Part shown: piece after piece, positions 27,369 to 36,888 of the stretch
How the letters are laid out: each line of letters opens with the position of its first letter
Numbering within the stretch: position 1 is the first letter of the stretch
NCBI GenBank assembly: GCA_021802705.1
Contig: JAJZRL010000001.1
Coordinates: 84,379 to 148,378 of the forward strand
Source of the DNA: a bacterium
GTDB lineage: Bacteria > Patescibacteriota > Minisyncoccia > Phycocordibacterales > Phycocordibacteraceae
DNA length: 64,000 bases
Direction: 5' to 3'
The notes under the pieces: model-generated
What the model was told of the DNA's origin: nothing
What the model saw: only the letters and a program-made list of their open reading frames with translations
The model's database searches: none
Position numbers and translations under genes: made by a program

Positions 27369-29044
27369 GGTTGGACCGGCTCGTCGGCGGAAGGCGGAAG
27401 GACGGCGACCCGTCCCTTATGCTTACGTGCGAGCTTATGAAGAGCATGTACGATTGCGCCGAACTCCTCGTTTTTCATGAGGAAAAGCGCGACCGCTGCC
27501 GCAACAAGCCCCACGATACCAGCAACGAGCCCTTGTGTGAAGACGGCGAAAAGCGTCGTGAGCGGCGCGATATTCCCCTCGAACGAAAGGGTCATGTACG
27601 CGGCCGCGGCGCCAACGCACGAGGCGACGGAGCCGTCCACGAACGGCCGTACGAGCAGCCGCGCAAGGCCGGGGGCTGCGCCGCGAAGAGCGAAGAGCGA
27701 AAGGATGGCAAGAAAGATCTGCCCGAGCGTCGACGAAAGCGCGATGAGAAGGACGGCGGTTTCCGGAACGCCTCCCACGCGCAAGAAGGAAGAGAGGGGC
27801 TGGACGAGTCCCAGACTCGGCATTTCAAACAGCACGGCGAAAAGTACCGTGAGCGCGCCGCCCATAAGCTGGTAAAGAAGCGGCCTCCACGACTGCTTCA
27901 CGGCATAGAGCGCACGCGAGAAAAGGAGCACGAGCCCTTGTGCGACAAGACCGACCGCAAGAATGGCAAGAAGAGCGGCCGTAAGGCGTGTCGCATTCCA
28001 GTCGAACGCGCCGGTGCCGAGAATGACGCGCACGATATGCGCTCGCAAAACGATAATGAGACCGAGAAACACGATCGACCAAAGGATGATGTGTCTTGCG
28101 CTTGCCGAGAGGATGCGGACGAACTCGCTGCGTTTTTCAAGGGCTGATGCTTCAGAAAGGGCGGGAAATGCCGCGACCGCATATGACGCGCCGATAAGAG
28201 CGAGCGGGACCGCCTCGAGGTTCCCCGCAAGCGTAAAGACGGAGACGGCGCCGGTCCCGATCCTCGAGGCGAGCGCAGTGAGAGCGAGCGCGGTAAACGA
28301 ACCCATTCCAAGCGCGAGCGAGCGCGGTATGGAGTCGCGTATGATAGGCAGCATGCGGGCGAGCGTCGGGAATCGGAAAGTCGGCACGACATCCGAAAGG
28401 ACGACGACCGGAACATTCACCATGAGATACGCGAAAGAACCGGCAACGACGCCGATGCCGATGCCGACGAGGCCGAAACGCGGATAAAGGAAAACCGTGC
28501 CGAAAATGATGCCGAGGTTATAGAGGACCGGAGAAAGAGCAAATAAGAGGAAGCGCCGGTATACCTGGGTAACGCTCGCGAGCACGCCCGAAAGACCGAG
28601 CAGGATGGGTTGAAGGAGGAGGAGGCGCGTCAGCAGGATGAACTCTCCTTGACGCGTCGAGGCTGCGAAATCAGGATACAGGAACGCGAGAAGCTGCGGG
28701 ACGAGAAAAGAGAGCACGAGACAGATGAGTCCCCCGACGCCAAGCAGGAAAGTCGCTGACTCGGAAAGGATCGTCCGGATCGTTTCCTTATCAGCCCCCG
28801 TGATGCGGGGAATGATGACATACGCGCTCACGAGCGAAGAGACGAGAGCGAAGACGAGATCCGGGACGCGGAACGCGGCGTAGTAGAGGTCAAGCACCGG
28901 ACCGGCGCCGAACGTATGCGCGAACGTCCGGTCGCGCAGGAGAGCGAGCGCCTGAGACGCGAGAGTAAGCGCCGCGAGCAGGTAGGCCGCCTGGTGCAAG
29001 CCGCGCACCGGCGCCGTGATGCGTTCAAGAATCTTCCGAACCAT
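27365..29044 (-). CDS. murJ: lipid II flippase MurJ (MviN)
   Basis: A 14-TM MOP-superfamily protein with the MurJ N-terminal signature (…ASQALALLRDRTFAHTFGAGPVLDLYYAAFRVP…). Confidence 0.85.
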   Translation of the reverse strand: MVRKILERITAPVRGLHQAAYLLAALTLASQALALLRDRTFAHTFGAGPVLDLYYAAFRVPDLVFALVSSLVSAYVIIPRITGADKETIRTILSESATFLLGVGGLICLVLSFLVPQLLAFLYPDFAASTRQGEFILLTRLLLLQPILLGLSGVLASVTQVYRRFLLFALSPVLYNLGIIFGTVFLYPRFGLVGIGIGVVAGSFAYLMVNVPVVVLSDVVPTFRFPTLARMLPIIRDSIPRSLALGMGSFTALALTALASRIGTGAVSVFTLAGNLEAVPLALIGASYAVAAFPALSEASALEKRSEFVRILSASARHIILWSIVFLGLIIVLRAHIVRVILGTGAFDWNATRLTAALLAILAVGLVAQGLVLLFSRALYAVKQSWRPLLYQLMGGALTVLFAVLFEMPSLGLVQPLSSFLRVGGVPETAVLLIALSSTLGQIFLAILSLFALRGAAPGLARLLVRPFVDGSVASCVGAAAAYMTLSFEGNIAPLTTLFAVFTQGLVAGIVGLVAAAVALFLMKNEEFGAIVHALHKLARKHKGRVAVLPPSADEPVQP

Positions 29045-29068
29045 TCTTCTATGGTACGATACTTTCCG

Positions 29069-31438
29069 CTATTTCACCGGCGTCGATGAGGCCGAGAGGA
29101 GATCTGCCGGAAACGGGTTCTTCCCCGCTTCAAGCATCGTTATCTGCGGAGCGACTATCTTCGCGTTATCGCTCGAGAGCGCCGCGATCGATTGCATCTG
29201 CGCAAGGGCGTCCTTGTAATCGCCCTGCTTTGCGTATACGGCCGCGAGAAAGTACCGCGCGTTCGCGAACTGCGGGTTCGCGGTAACCGCCGAGGAGAGC
29301 GCTTCGATCGCGCCGGAGAGATCGTTTTCCGCCGCGCTTAAGACGCCGACCTGGAAAAGAATGTTCGGATTATTGGGGATGAAGTACGCGGCGGCGAGCG
29401 CGGCGGCGAGCGCACCCTTCACGTTTCCGTCTTGCACCTCGAGCTGCGAAAGGAGGAAGATGGCAGACGTATAGTCCTGCTTGAGCGCTATGGCAGCCTT
29501 AAGGTCGCTTTCGGCGGACCTCGTGTCGCCGTTCGCGATATCGAGCTGCGCAAGGATGTAGAGGATTTGAGGATTCGTCGGATTAAGCTTCATCGCCTTT
29601 TCGTATGCGGTCTTTGCGCTTTCGTAAGCGCCCGAAACCTTCAACGGCACCGCCTGGGCGTAGAGATTCCCGAGAACGAGCCAGTTCCGATAGTCAGAAG
29701 GGTCAAGACGCGTAGCGGTGAGCGCCGCGTTGATACCCGAAGAAAGCGTCGCTTGAAACGCCTGTTGCGTAGCGGCTTTCGTCATGGTCGAAGAAGCCAC
29801 GATCTGCCCGAGACGCGCCACGGCGATGCCGGCGTCGATCTGGTATGCGGTGGCGCTCGGTGCGAATGACAGTGCGCTCTGTACGGCTCCGTCTGCCGCA
29901 TCGAGATTGCCCGCGGAGAAAGCGGCTGCCGCGCTTGCGAGATCCGCTTCGGCGACGTATCGCTCGACAAGCGTATAGGTAGCGACGACCGATGCGAGCA
30001 AGAGAAGCGTAAGCGCGAACACGATGATGAAGCCGAAACGAGGCGAGCGCGAGAAAACGATGGTCCGTTGCCCGCCATTAAGCGCAAAACGCATCGAAGA
30101 CGCGAATATTCCCGCAAAAACGAAAGCGAGCCCAAGGATGACGGCATTCGGCAGATCGAAGACAGCGGTCGTGAAGAGATAGAGCGTCGCGACAAACGAA
30201 AGTATCGCGACGGAGCGAGTGAAGACGTCCTGCGGCGCGTAGAGGATGAGTGTCCGAAGACCAAAAATGAGAAAGAGCGCGAAGAATATGATCCACGAGA
30301 GAGCGCCGATAAGACCGGTGGTCACGAATGACGTCGGGATGAAACCGATGCCGGACGAAAAATCGACATTCCAAAAAACGGTCGAATTGAGCGCCGCGTC
30401 ACGATACTTGAGCCACTCGACGCCGAAAGTCCCCGGGCCCGTCCCGAAAACCGGAGCGGTGGCGTACACCTTGTGCGCGACTGAAAATGTCGACTGCCAC
30501 GAGGGACGGACGGAGAGCGTGTTCATATGGAGCGCGTTCGCTAAGGCATTGCCGAGGTTCCCGCCAAGAAGGAAAAAGAGCGAGATCGCAAGTACCGAAA
30601 GCGGCAGAACGAGCGAATGCCCGTTCGCACCCGTCTCAAGAGGATTACCGCTTACAACGGCATCACTAAGATCGGCCTGCTCGGCTTCCGGCCCGCGATG
30701 CATCACTGCCTCGACAAAAAGACCGAGGGAAACGAGAGCGATCAATATCCACACGAGCATGGCATTCGTTATGGCGAGCAGGACAAGCATACCAGCGCCA
30801 AGCGCGACAAGCGTCCAGTATGTGCGCCGCGAAAGCTCGAGAGTCCGAAGCGTGATGAGAACGCTGATAATGCCCAATCCGAGCAAAAGCGCGAGGTCCT
30901 CGAGAGAACCAATGATAACGAACATCGGGGAGACAAGGTTCGGCGAGAACTGCCCGATCGTTATGGCAAGAGCTTCGATGACGACAACCGCAAGCGCAGT
31001 CCAAAAGCCGACATTGAGGAAAGAGCGGTATTGTTCCGGACCCCGCAGAATGAGCGCTGCGAGCGTCCCGAGGATAGTCGCGACCAGCATGAAACCGAGC
31101 GTATCCGGCTCAAGCGCATTTCCCCAGAGCGCACTCATAAACGGGATGCTTGAAAACGCCGCCGAAAGCATGTAGGCGCCGACAGGGAGCCAGAGCGCGC
31201 CGACAAGAAGAAGAGGAGGAAAAGAGACAGAATCTCGGGAAAGCCGTGCCAGGATGAAGAGTATCAGCGTGAGAAACGTACCCGCAGCAAGCAAGAAAAC
31301 CTTGGTCGCGACAAACGGAACCGACGCCGAAGGTACAAAGACGAAGAGAGCTGCGACGATAGTCGCGATAAAGAACCATGTACTTGCTTTTTCAAACGGT
31401 CGAGGATGGCGAGCGGCTGCGAGATGTTGTGGCGGCAT
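29069..31438 (-). CDS. O-antigen-ligase-like polytopic membrane protein with C-terminal TPR repeats
   Basis: An N-terminal ~450 aa with more than 10 TM helices (Wzy_C-like) is followed by a ~300-aa soluble region with repeated TPR-like motifs (AYEKAMKLNPTNPQILYILAQL..., AIALKQDYTSAIFLLSQL...). This architecture is common in CPR-like genomes. Confidence 0.7.
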   Translation of the reverse strand: MPPQHLAAARHPRPFEKASTWFFIATIVAALFVFVPSASVPFVATKVFLLAAGTFLTLILFILARLSRDSVSFPPLLLVGALWLPVGAYMLSAAFSSIPFMSALWGNALEPDTLGFMLVATILGTLAALILRGPEQYRSFLNVGFWTALAVVVIEALAITIGQFSPNLVSPMFVIIGSLEDLALLLGLGIISVLITLRTLELSRRTYWTLVALGAGMLVLLAITNAMLVWILIALVSLGLFVEAVMHRGPEAEQADLSDAVVSGNPLETGANGHSLVLPLSVLAISLFFLLGGNLGNALANALHMNTLSVRPSWQSTFSVAHKVYATAPVFGTGPGTFGVEWLKYRDAALNSTVFWNVDFSSGIGFIPTSFVTTGLIGALSWIIFFALFLIFGLRTLILYAPQDVFTRSVAILSFVATLYLFTTAVFDLPNAVILGLAFVFAGIFASSMRFALNGGQRTIVFSRSPRFGFIIVFALTLLLLASVVATYTLVERYVAEADLASAAAAFSAGNLDAADGAVQSALSFAPSATAYQIDAGIAVARLGQIVASSTMTKAATQQAFQATLSSGINAALTATRLDPSDYRNWLVLGNLYAQAVPLKVSGAYESAKTAYEKAMKLNPTNPQILYILAQLDIANGDTRSAESDLKAAIALKQDYTSAIFLLSQLEVQDGNVKGALAAALAAAYFIPNNPNILFQVGVLSAAENDLSGAIEALSSAVTANPQFANARYFLAAVYAKQGDYKDALAQMQSIAALSSDNAKIVAPQITMLEAGKNPFPADLLSASSTPVK

Positions 31439-31531
31439 GAGATAATCCTAAATTCTGAAGTGATAATGATTCAGTATACCCCATCCCTTCCCTGTCGAGA
31501 TGTCTCCATCAACAAGAATTCAGATTCGTGC

Positions 31532-31537
31532 TATAAT
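31532..31537 (+). promoter_or_regulatory. candidate -10 box (TATAAT) for rnpB
   Basis: A perfect TATAAT lies ~15 nt upstream of the predicted 5' end of the RNase P RNA. Confidence 0.4.
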
Positions 31538-31552
31538 AAAAAAACCGGGCTA

Positions 31553-31886
31553 GGCGATCGCTCCTTGAGAAATCAGGGGGAGGAAAGTCCGAACACGGCT
31601 CCGCGTAAAACGGAGAGAACGGTAGCGGGTAACGCCCGCACGCCGTGAGGCGCGAGGTGCGAACAGTGACGCCCGGAACGAAAGCGAAGGGCATCTCCGT
31701 CGACGAAAGAAGCCGGAGATGAATTCCCGAGGCGACTCGGGAGATGAAACGGCTAAATCCTTACCACCGTGCAAGGCCGTGTCCTGCTCGAACGGGCAGG
31801 AAGAGCCGCTCGAGGTCTTGAGCAATCAGGATCCCAGACACATGATCGTCCACGACAGAATTCGGCTTATCGGCCCGGTCGCTCAT
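31553..31886 (+). ncRNA. rnpB: RNase P RNA (bacterial type A-like)
   Basis: The P4 strands GGGAGGAAAGTCCGaaCacggCTCC and ACAGAAtTCGGCTTAT are present, together with GGGTAACGCC and a P1 pairing GCGATCG/CGGTCGC. The region has no credible protein-coding ORF. Confidence 0.85.
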
Positions 31887-31892
31887 ATACGA

Positions 31893-31918
31893 AAACCCGC
31901 GCAAAACGCGGGTTTTCG
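31893..31918. terminator. bidirectional intrinsic terminator between convergent rnpB and nrdJ
   Basis: aaaACCCGCGcaaaaCGCGGGTtttcg is a 7-bp GC stem with flanking A- and T-runs. Confidence 0.6.
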
Positions 31919-31955
31919 TTATCCGGACGATCTTCCAGGAAATCCGAAGGCTATC

Positions 31956-34343
31956 TCACATGATTTCGCACGTGCCGCCGGCGCAAGCGAGCTCTTTCTT
32001 CATCTCCGTCTCGTCCTGTCGTTCGTATGCGATAAGTTTCGCATAGTCTACCTTGGGAAAGCGGGCGATGAGTTTTTCATACTCTTCTTTCGTGATGGTC
32101 TCGTACGGAGCGAGGCGGTAAATATGATTTGTGCGCGGCAGGAAAGAGAGGCCGCCGATGATGTCCCAGTTCCTCTGAATCCAGTCAACGACGCCGATCC
32201 ACTCGTCCTCGCCGACCGAGATGGTCGCGGAAGGATTGTGCTCGGTGTAATTCAATTTCACCCGCTTCCAATATTCAAGTTGCTCGATCGCCGAAAGCGT
32301 ATCTTTGAACCGCGCTTCTCTCGAGTGATCGGGCGCTTTGACGGGAAATTCGAGCACATAGGTATTCGCCTCTTCCATCGATTGACCGACTTCCGGATGG
32401 AACGGAACGCCCTGGTCGCGCATCATCTTGAAAAGCGAGTCGGTCGCACTGATACGCACGCGACGGATATAGTACGGCGCGTGGCGCGGATGGATGCCCG
32501 AAGCGCAATCGAAGGTCTGTGAGACGGTACCCGAGGGCTTTACCGCGGTTATCGCCATCGACCGCTCGACGCCAAAACGTTTCGCATAGGCGATGTTCGT
32601 CTTTATCGCCACATCGCGCACCTTGCGCATGACCTCGGGCTTGCGGACCACAGGCGAATCCCACTGGCCGGTTATCGAGACGCCGAGAAGCCGTTCCGCA
32701 CGGTTGTGGTCGGACCAGTCCTGCGAGATGTAATTGAACTTCGTCAGCGTCGACTGGTAGGTTCCGATGATCGATGCGAGACGGGCCTTGCGCAGGAGCG
32801 ACGCCTCCGTGTCGTGCGACCGCGCGATGACCTCGGAAAGATTGCAGAACTGTTTGGACTGCAGGATAATCTCCGCGCAAGGGTTCGTACCGATAGGTCC
32901 GCGAACGACGCCATCTTCTCCTATGAATCCGACTTTCTTGAAATAGTCGATGCGGCGCTTCGGCAATGTTTCAGCGAGCGAGCCGCGGTTGAAGAGACCG
33001 CGTTCACCGGCGCCGCTCTTCATGAGCGCGACCCATTCATCCATCAGTTCCGTATTCGTCGGCCGCGTTTCGTAGACTGCGGAATTATTCGCTATCGAGC
33101 GGTGCGGATCGGTCATATAGAACTGCCCCTTCTTCGCATCGCGCATCTCGGCATCATCGAGATCGGAAAGCGATATCATCGCGGTGCGACGCACGCCCCC
33201 TGCGACGACGCACTCGCCTATCTTGCAGATGATGTCGTGCGCATCGATATTGCGGAGGCGGCGCCCTTGACGCGAAAGGACGCGTTCGCGCGTAAACGCG
33301 AGCAGGCTCTTAAGCGGCTCCGGCCCCGAAGCCTTGCCGCCCATCGTCTTAAGGCGCGCTCCCGCCGGACGTATCCTCGAGAAATCGAAGTCGATATCCT
33401 TCCCGGCGTACCAGGTCGTAAGACCGAGCGTAAGCGCGTCGCACCACCCTTCTTTCGAGTCGTCGATGATGTGGACCGGGAGCTTCTCTCTCGCTTGCTT
33501 CATGATCTGCGGGAGCTGTTCGATATTCTGGCTTTCCACTGAAAATCCGACGCCGCAACCCTGCATCGAGAGGTACATGATTTCGGCGAAATCTTCGAGT
33601 TTTGTCGGGGCGGTAAACGTGCAGTTGTAGGCGCAGGTATTGCATCGGCGCGCCGCTTCGCCGGAAAACTGCATGAGGCGCATCGAAGGCATGACTTCCT
33701 GCTTCAGGATACCCGTCCGAACCTCGGCGTACTCTTTCTCGGTGAGCTTCTTGCCGAGATTTTCGCGCATAAAGCCCATGTAGCGGTCGACGGTCTCTAC
33801 CCAGGTCTCCCGTCGGCCTTCTTCGGGTATCCATCGCGCATACGTGCGCAAGTAAACGAATTCCCCGAGAGCATTGCCTTCGAAATATCTCTTACTCTCT
33901 TCCGCGAGCTTGCGCACGTGCTCCGGTATCTCTACCTTTTGCGCGCGCAACTGAGCGCGCTTGTCGCGATAAAGGATGTACGCTTTCGCCGCCTTCACAT
34001 AATCGTTCAGGATGAGATACTTCTCCACCGAATCCTGTACGCCTTCGACAGTCGGAAGAAAACCCTTGTATTTCTTTGAAAAGCGCGCCAGCTCCCCGGC
34101 GACCTGATGCGCGACGAGCGCCGCATCGTCCTGTGTCCCCTCTTCCGCTGCGGCCATCGCTTTCCAGATGGCCGCGGAAATCTTATCGAAATCAAAGGAA
34201 ACCATCCGGCCGTCTCGTTTCTCTATCTGCGGGACCGTCTCGCGATACCGGAGCGTCTCTTTCGAAACAGGCTGTTTTGCCACTGCCGCTGTTTTTGGCT
34301 TCGATGTTTTCGTGCGAACGTGAACCTTTGCAGCTTTAGACAT
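31956..34343 (-). CDS. nrdJ: adenosylcobalamin-dependent ribonucleotide reductase (class II) with N-terminal ATP-cone
   Basis: An ATP-cone (RMVSFDFDKISAAIWKA) is followed by the class II core with an active-site loop ...GTNPCAEI... and a C-terminal redox Cys pair ...CAGGTCEIM. Confidence 0.9.
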   Translation of the reverse strand: MSKAAKVHVRTKTSKPKTAAVAKQPVSKETLRYRETVPQIEKRDGRMVSFDFDKISAAIWKAMAAAEEGTQDDAALVAHQVAGELARFSKKYKGFLPTVEGVQDSVEKYLILNDYVKAAKAYILYRDKRAQLRAQKVEIPEHVRKLAEESKRYFEGNALGEFVYLRTYARWIPEEGRRETWVETVDRYMGFMRENLGKKLTEKEYAEVRTGILKQEVMPSMRLMQFSGEAARRCNTCAYNCTFTAPTKLEDFAEIMYLSMQGCGVGFSVESQNIEQLPQIMKQAREKLPVHIIDDSKEGWCDALTLGLTTWYAGKDIDFDFSRIRPAGARLKTMGGKASGPEPLKSLLAFTRERVLSRQGRRLRNIDAHDIICKIGECVVAGGVRRTAMISLSDLDDAEMRDAKKGQFYMTDPHRSIANNSAVYETRPTNTELMDEWVALMKSGAGERGLFNRGSLAETLPKRRIDYFKKVGFIGEDGVVRGPIGTNPCAEIILQSKQFCNLSEVIARSHDTEASLLRKARLASIIGTYQSTLTKFNYISQDWSDHNRAERLLGVSITGQWDSPVVRKPEVMRKVRDVAIKTNIAYAKRFGVERSMAITAVKPSGTVSQTFDCASGIHPRHAPYYIRRVRISATDSLFKMMRDQGVPFHPEVGQSMEEANTYVLEFPVKAPDHSREARFKDTLSAIEQLEYWKRVKLNYTEHNPSATISVGEDEWIGVVDWIQRNWDIIGGLSFLPRTNHIYRLAPYETITKEEYEKLIARFPKVDYAKLIAYERQDETEMKKELACAGGTCEIM

Positions 34344-34464
34344 ACAAGATCAATTAACGGGTTGCTAATAATCAGGTACGCCTGACCTTTGCGAAAGAGA
34401 GGACGGGACGCATCATTGCCATTATCTTAACGCTCGTCTTCGGGAAAAGCCCTGTGGATAGAGT

Positions 34465-34938
34465 TCATTCGGAAACGCTCGGCCAATTTTGCAATATAAG
34501 CGGCGTGCCGGTCGCGATACCATGCCTCCGCGCAAATCCGGCGACGGTCTCAAGGACATAACGGGCCGGAGCCAACGGATAAAAGACATTCGGATACGTC
34601 GAGGGCTCGACATCCTCGGCGACCGAGATAACATGTCCTTTATCGTCGAGCCAGAACATGTCGAGAGGAACAAGGGTGTCTTTCATCCAGAAGCCATAAT
34701 AATCGTCTTTCGGAAAGACAAAGAGCATACCGTAGTTATCCGGAATACTCTTCCGGCCGCCAAGACCCTTTTCTCTTGCTATGGTTGTGGTCGCAAATTC
34801 TACCTTCAAGGACACTCCGCCAAAATTTCCGGTAACAAACGATGAGGAGGGTACAGGTGATATTGTCCGATAACTGAAAAGGACCGCCAAGAACGCCAAG
34901 ACGACTATGGCGGCAGGAAAGAGATACCGACGATACAT
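34465..34938 (-). CDS. DUF192 domain protein
   Basis: ...REKGLGGRKSIPDNYGMLFVFPKDDYYGFWMKDTLVPLDMFWLDDKGHV... matches the DUF192 core. An N-terminal signal-anchor is present. Confidence 0.75.
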   Translation of the reverse strand: MYRRYLFPAAIVVLAFLAVLFSYRTISPVPSSSFVTGNFGGVSLKVEFATTTIAREKGLGGRKSIPDNYGMLFVFPKDDYYGFWMKDTLVPLDMFWLDDKGHVISVAEDVEPSTYPNVFYPLAPARYVLETVAGFARRHGIATGTPLILQNWPSVSE

Positions 34939-35011
34939 TACGGATAACTATACAACAAGCGAAACGCCCCCTTGAGGGGGCGTTTCGCTAAAGACTGACG
35001 AGCCGGTAATC

Positions 35012-35731
35012 TTACCGTCGTGGAACCGACAAGTCGCGGAATACCGACGCCGAAATGGTCGAGCTTGCTACCGGACCCCAGACACGAACCTTATCGCCGT
35101 TCTGTGCCGTGCTGAAGTCAAGCGACAGCCAGTTCCTCTGGAGCGTCTTTGCGCCCGAGGCGAGCGAAACAGAGTAACTCGCGCCCTTCTCCGTCGTGAG
35201 CGTAAACGTGTTTGACGCGGTATCAAGGCCGCTTACCGTACCCTGGATAACCCTCGATGTTCCCGCTCCCGCTCGGACATCTCCGCGCACTGACTGGATA
35301 TTCTGCTTCGCTTCCTGATGCGCCGCTTTCCGTTCCGTCCAGTCCCGGACGAGTTCCGCGCTGACGGTCCAGCTTGAGCTCTGGTCTACCGTTCCCTCGA
35401 TCCCGACGAAATCGCCTTGCTGGAAATTCGAGAGCGAGACCCCGTTCGGAAGTATCTTCGAAGTTGTAGGGACATTTACCGTCCAGATCCCGCCCCAACC
35501 TTTGACCGTGAGCGAATCAGCCGAGACCGACTCTATCGTGCCGCGCAAAAGAACCTTTCCGCGCGGACCGATCTCAAGCACCATCGGCTGCGCGTGCGGC
35601 GTACTCGATGCTGTCGTGAGCGGCACCGGATCGTGGGTGATGATCATCTGTTGAGGTGCTTGCGCGAACGCGACTCCCGCCGTACCGAGGAATCCGGCGA
35701 TTCCTGCTGTTGCCAATGCTTTTTTTATCAT
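35012..35731 (-). CDS. hypothetical secreted protein
   Basis: A signal peptide (MIKKALATAGIAGFLGTAGVAFA) starts at the internal Met; the ORF track extends to 35779. The mature part is Thr/Ser-rich and looks beta-rich. Confidence 0.55.
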   Translation of the reverse strand: MIKKALATAGIAGFLGTAGVAFAQAPQQMIITHDPVPLTTASSTPHAQPMVLEIGPRGKVLLRGTIESVSADSLTVKGWGGIWTVNVPTTSKILPNGVSLSNFQQGDFVGIEGTVDQSSSWTVSAELVRDWTERKAAHQEAKQNIQSVRGDVRAGAGTSRVIQGTVSGLDTASNTFTLTTEKGASYSVSLASGAKTLQRNWLSLDFSTAQNGDKVRVWGPVASSTISASVFRDLSVPRR

Positions 35732-35862
35732 GATATTAAAGATTAAAGATAATAAATCGCTTACATCTGCCGGCGTCATGCGCCACAGAGACGCTACGCA
35801 TAGTATATACGTACGCCATCGGATTTGTTTTCAAATGCCGGATGCGCCTCACGAAGCAAGAA

Positions 35863-36744
35863 TCAGGGAAACCTGCTCTCGAATGAGGCAGTTGTCGTCG
35901 GCGCGTTTATGGCGCTGAGCGCATACAACTTATCCGCTGTCTGGCGATTGCCGCTCCAATAGTCTCCTCTGGCGCTCAAATAGCCCGCCTTCTTCACGAG
36001 AGCCACTATCGCGGGATCATACATCCCGAATGGGTACGCGATTTCGTTGACCGGAACCCCGAGACGTTTCTCGAGTGTCTGCTTGCTGCCGTATATCTCA
36101 TCCCACAAAACAGCCTGATCGGTAATATGGGTGAGATACGGATGCGAACGCGTATGGTCGCCAACCGTCATCCCGGCCGCAAGCATCCGGTGCAAGTCGC
36201 TCCATGAAAGGAACCCTCGCCGGCCGATTGCGTTTGTAAAGACGAAGAACGTCGCCGGATAATGGTATTTTTCGAGAATAGGAAATGCATAAACGAACTG
36301 GTCGCCCCACCCGTCATCAAACGACAGTATGATCGGCTTTGACGGAAGTGCTGTCCCGTCCTTAAAATACGCCTCGAGGTCGCTAAAACGAACGACGTGA
36401 TACCCGCCGGCTTTCAGGTGCTGCATTTCAGCGGCGAACGTCTCCGGAGTAAGCGCTATGGCTCGCACCGCCGCGCTATCGCTCGGATAGCTCGGGCGGA
36501 CAATGTGATAAACCACGATCGGCAGGTCAATCGATTTTCCAGTGCTGGTAGCTGCGATGGTGTCAGTGGCTTGCGTCGAAGTCGCCGGTAGCTCGGCGTA
36601 AAACGCCTGATCCGGACTGGGATTTTGCGGTGATAATCCGCTAAAAACCTGGTGCTCATGGTCCCAGACGAAAAAGAAAGCGGTTCCGCCAATGAAAGCG
36701 GATCCGAGAATAACGAGCATACCGACCGTGCCGCGGGATAACAT
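35863..36744 (-). CDS. polysaccharide deacetylase (NodB-homology, CE4) with N-terminal TM anchor
   Basis: The NodB motifs ILSFDDGW, ...HTRSHP... and ...YPFG... are present. Confidence 0.8.
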   Translation of the reverse strand: MLSRGTVGMLVILGSAFIGGTAFFFVWDHEHQVFSGLSPQNPSPDQAFYAELPATSTQATDTIAATSTGKSIDLPIVVYHIVRPSYPSDSAAVRAIALTPETFAAEMQHLKAGGYHVVRFSDLEAYFKDGTALPSKPIILSFDDGWGDQFVYAFPILEKYHYPATFFVFTNAIGRRGFLSWSDLHRMLAAGMTVGDHTRSHPYLTHITDQAVLWDEIYGSKQTLEKRLGVPVNEIAYPFGMYDPAIVALVKKAGYLSARGDYWSGNRQTADKLYALSAINAPTTTASFESRFP

Positions 36745-36888
36745 GGGAGTTTTGGGCGTTAGATCATGAGTATACGGTGAAGCGTACTATGCCCTGTGTT
36801 AAGGAACAAACTCCGGCGCCCAAGCGTATATAAGAGAAAAGCCACCTATCGGTTACCCTACTTTCCTACCCATCCTATCGGCGCCACC

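Noticed and set aside
27371-28487. Several + strand ORFs (258 aa and 174 aa) inside murJ
   Set aside because: They are antisense to MurJ and their products are basic or low-complexity.
30246-31175. 309-aa + strand ORF inside the O-antigen-ligase/TPR gene
   Set aside because: It is antisense to a membrane protein with clear TM periodicity on the minus strand.
31406-32522. ORFs overlapping the rnpB region and the nrdJ 3' end (31406..31648, 31550..31825, 31719..32522)
   Set aside because: The region folds as RNase P RNA with conserved P4 and GGGTAACGCC elements, and downstream it is antisense to nrdJ.
34344-34464. Cobalamin riboswitch or NrdR box upstream of nrdJ
   Set aside because: I looked for a B12 box (GCCACTG-like) and NrdR palindromes in the 120-nt leader and found neither.
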